A DNA stretch of 55,331 nt from a virus (lineage: Duplodnaviria; Caudoviricetes), in the IMG/VR virus record IMGVR_UViG_3300016469_000360, positions 1-55,331 of that record; one strand, 5' to 3'. This document shows positions 55,151 to 55,331 of this stretch, piece by piece. Position 1 is the stretch's first letter. Every line of letters begins with the position of its first letter. The notes beneath the pieces are model-generated. The model had not been told where the DNA came from. It made no database searches and worked only from the letters and a program-made list of their open reading frames with translations. The position numbers were made by a program, and so were the translations under genes.

Positions 55151-55331
55151 ATGGCGCAGTCCGGATTCACTCCCATTCTTCTGTACGCAAGCGGCACGCC
55201 TGGGAACAGCCCCTCGGCGGGTAACCTGACCAGCAGCGCATCTGGTGCGGAACTGGCGGTCAACTACGCTGATGGCAAGCTCTTCTACAAGGACTCGGGC
55301 GGCTCGGTGCAGACCCTGGCCACCAAGGGCA
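55151..55331 (+). CDS. 5' part of tail fibre gene (Mtd N-terminal-like domain) continuing at base 23
   Basis: RBS AAGGA; MAQSGFTPILLY...AELAVNYADGKLFYKD; 53 codons to the junction, in frame. Confidence 0.85.
   Translation, partial: MAQSGFTPILLYASGTPGNSPSAGNLTSSASGAELAVNYADGKLFYKDSGGSVQTLATKG

Noticed and set aside
55151-55331. Mtd N-terminal-like domain suggesting a diversity-generating retroelement
   Set aside because: No reverse transcriptase, Avd or TR/VR pair differing at adenines was seen anywhere in the genome
55310-55331. Biological direct terminal repeat
   Set aside because: Only 22 nt and in the middle of a gene; consistent with assembler k-mer overlap on a circularly permuted genome

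Overview
The window looks like a complete, circularly assembled, GC-rich tailed-phage genome of about 55.3 kb. The first and last 22 nt are identical, and a tail-fibre gene reads in frame across the junction. A podovirus-like virion is inferred from the terminase, P22-type portal, GpT-like major capsid, tail-tube/adaptor proteins and large putative ejection proteins, with no tape-measure gene recognised. Layout: tail fibre and lysis (1-3.5 kb); tail and internal virion proteins (3.5-17.7 kb); one short leftward recombination operon (17.8-19.7 kb); Cro-like HTH, ParB-like protein, helicase, PAPS-reductase-like protein, primase and RuvC (19.8-26 kb); small early genes including a TGT/DpdA-like plus queuosine-precursor-transporter pair (26-34 kb); packaging, head and tail genes (34-55 kb). 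I recognised no integrase, ParA, DNA polymerase, reverse transcriptase, tRNA or CRISPR array. Main observations: (1) an AT-rich 17-bp palindrome TACTAATC-N-GATTAGTA dispersed around the genome, with one copy inside the orphan ParB-like gene (a KorB/parS-like candidate); (2) a recurring [MYK]-[AK]-x-G-G peptide, plus an MRxEL peptide, in several late proteins including ADP-ribosyltransferase-like effectors placed between terL and portal; (3) a second palindrome, TYTAAC-N5-GTTAGA, overlapping -10-like elements at five sites; (4) a ~460-nt hairpin-rich non-coding region; (5) two reading-frame interruptions, a C8 tract in the helicase and an in-frame TGA in the DpdA-like gene. All family assignments come from motif recognition by eye, not from database searches.
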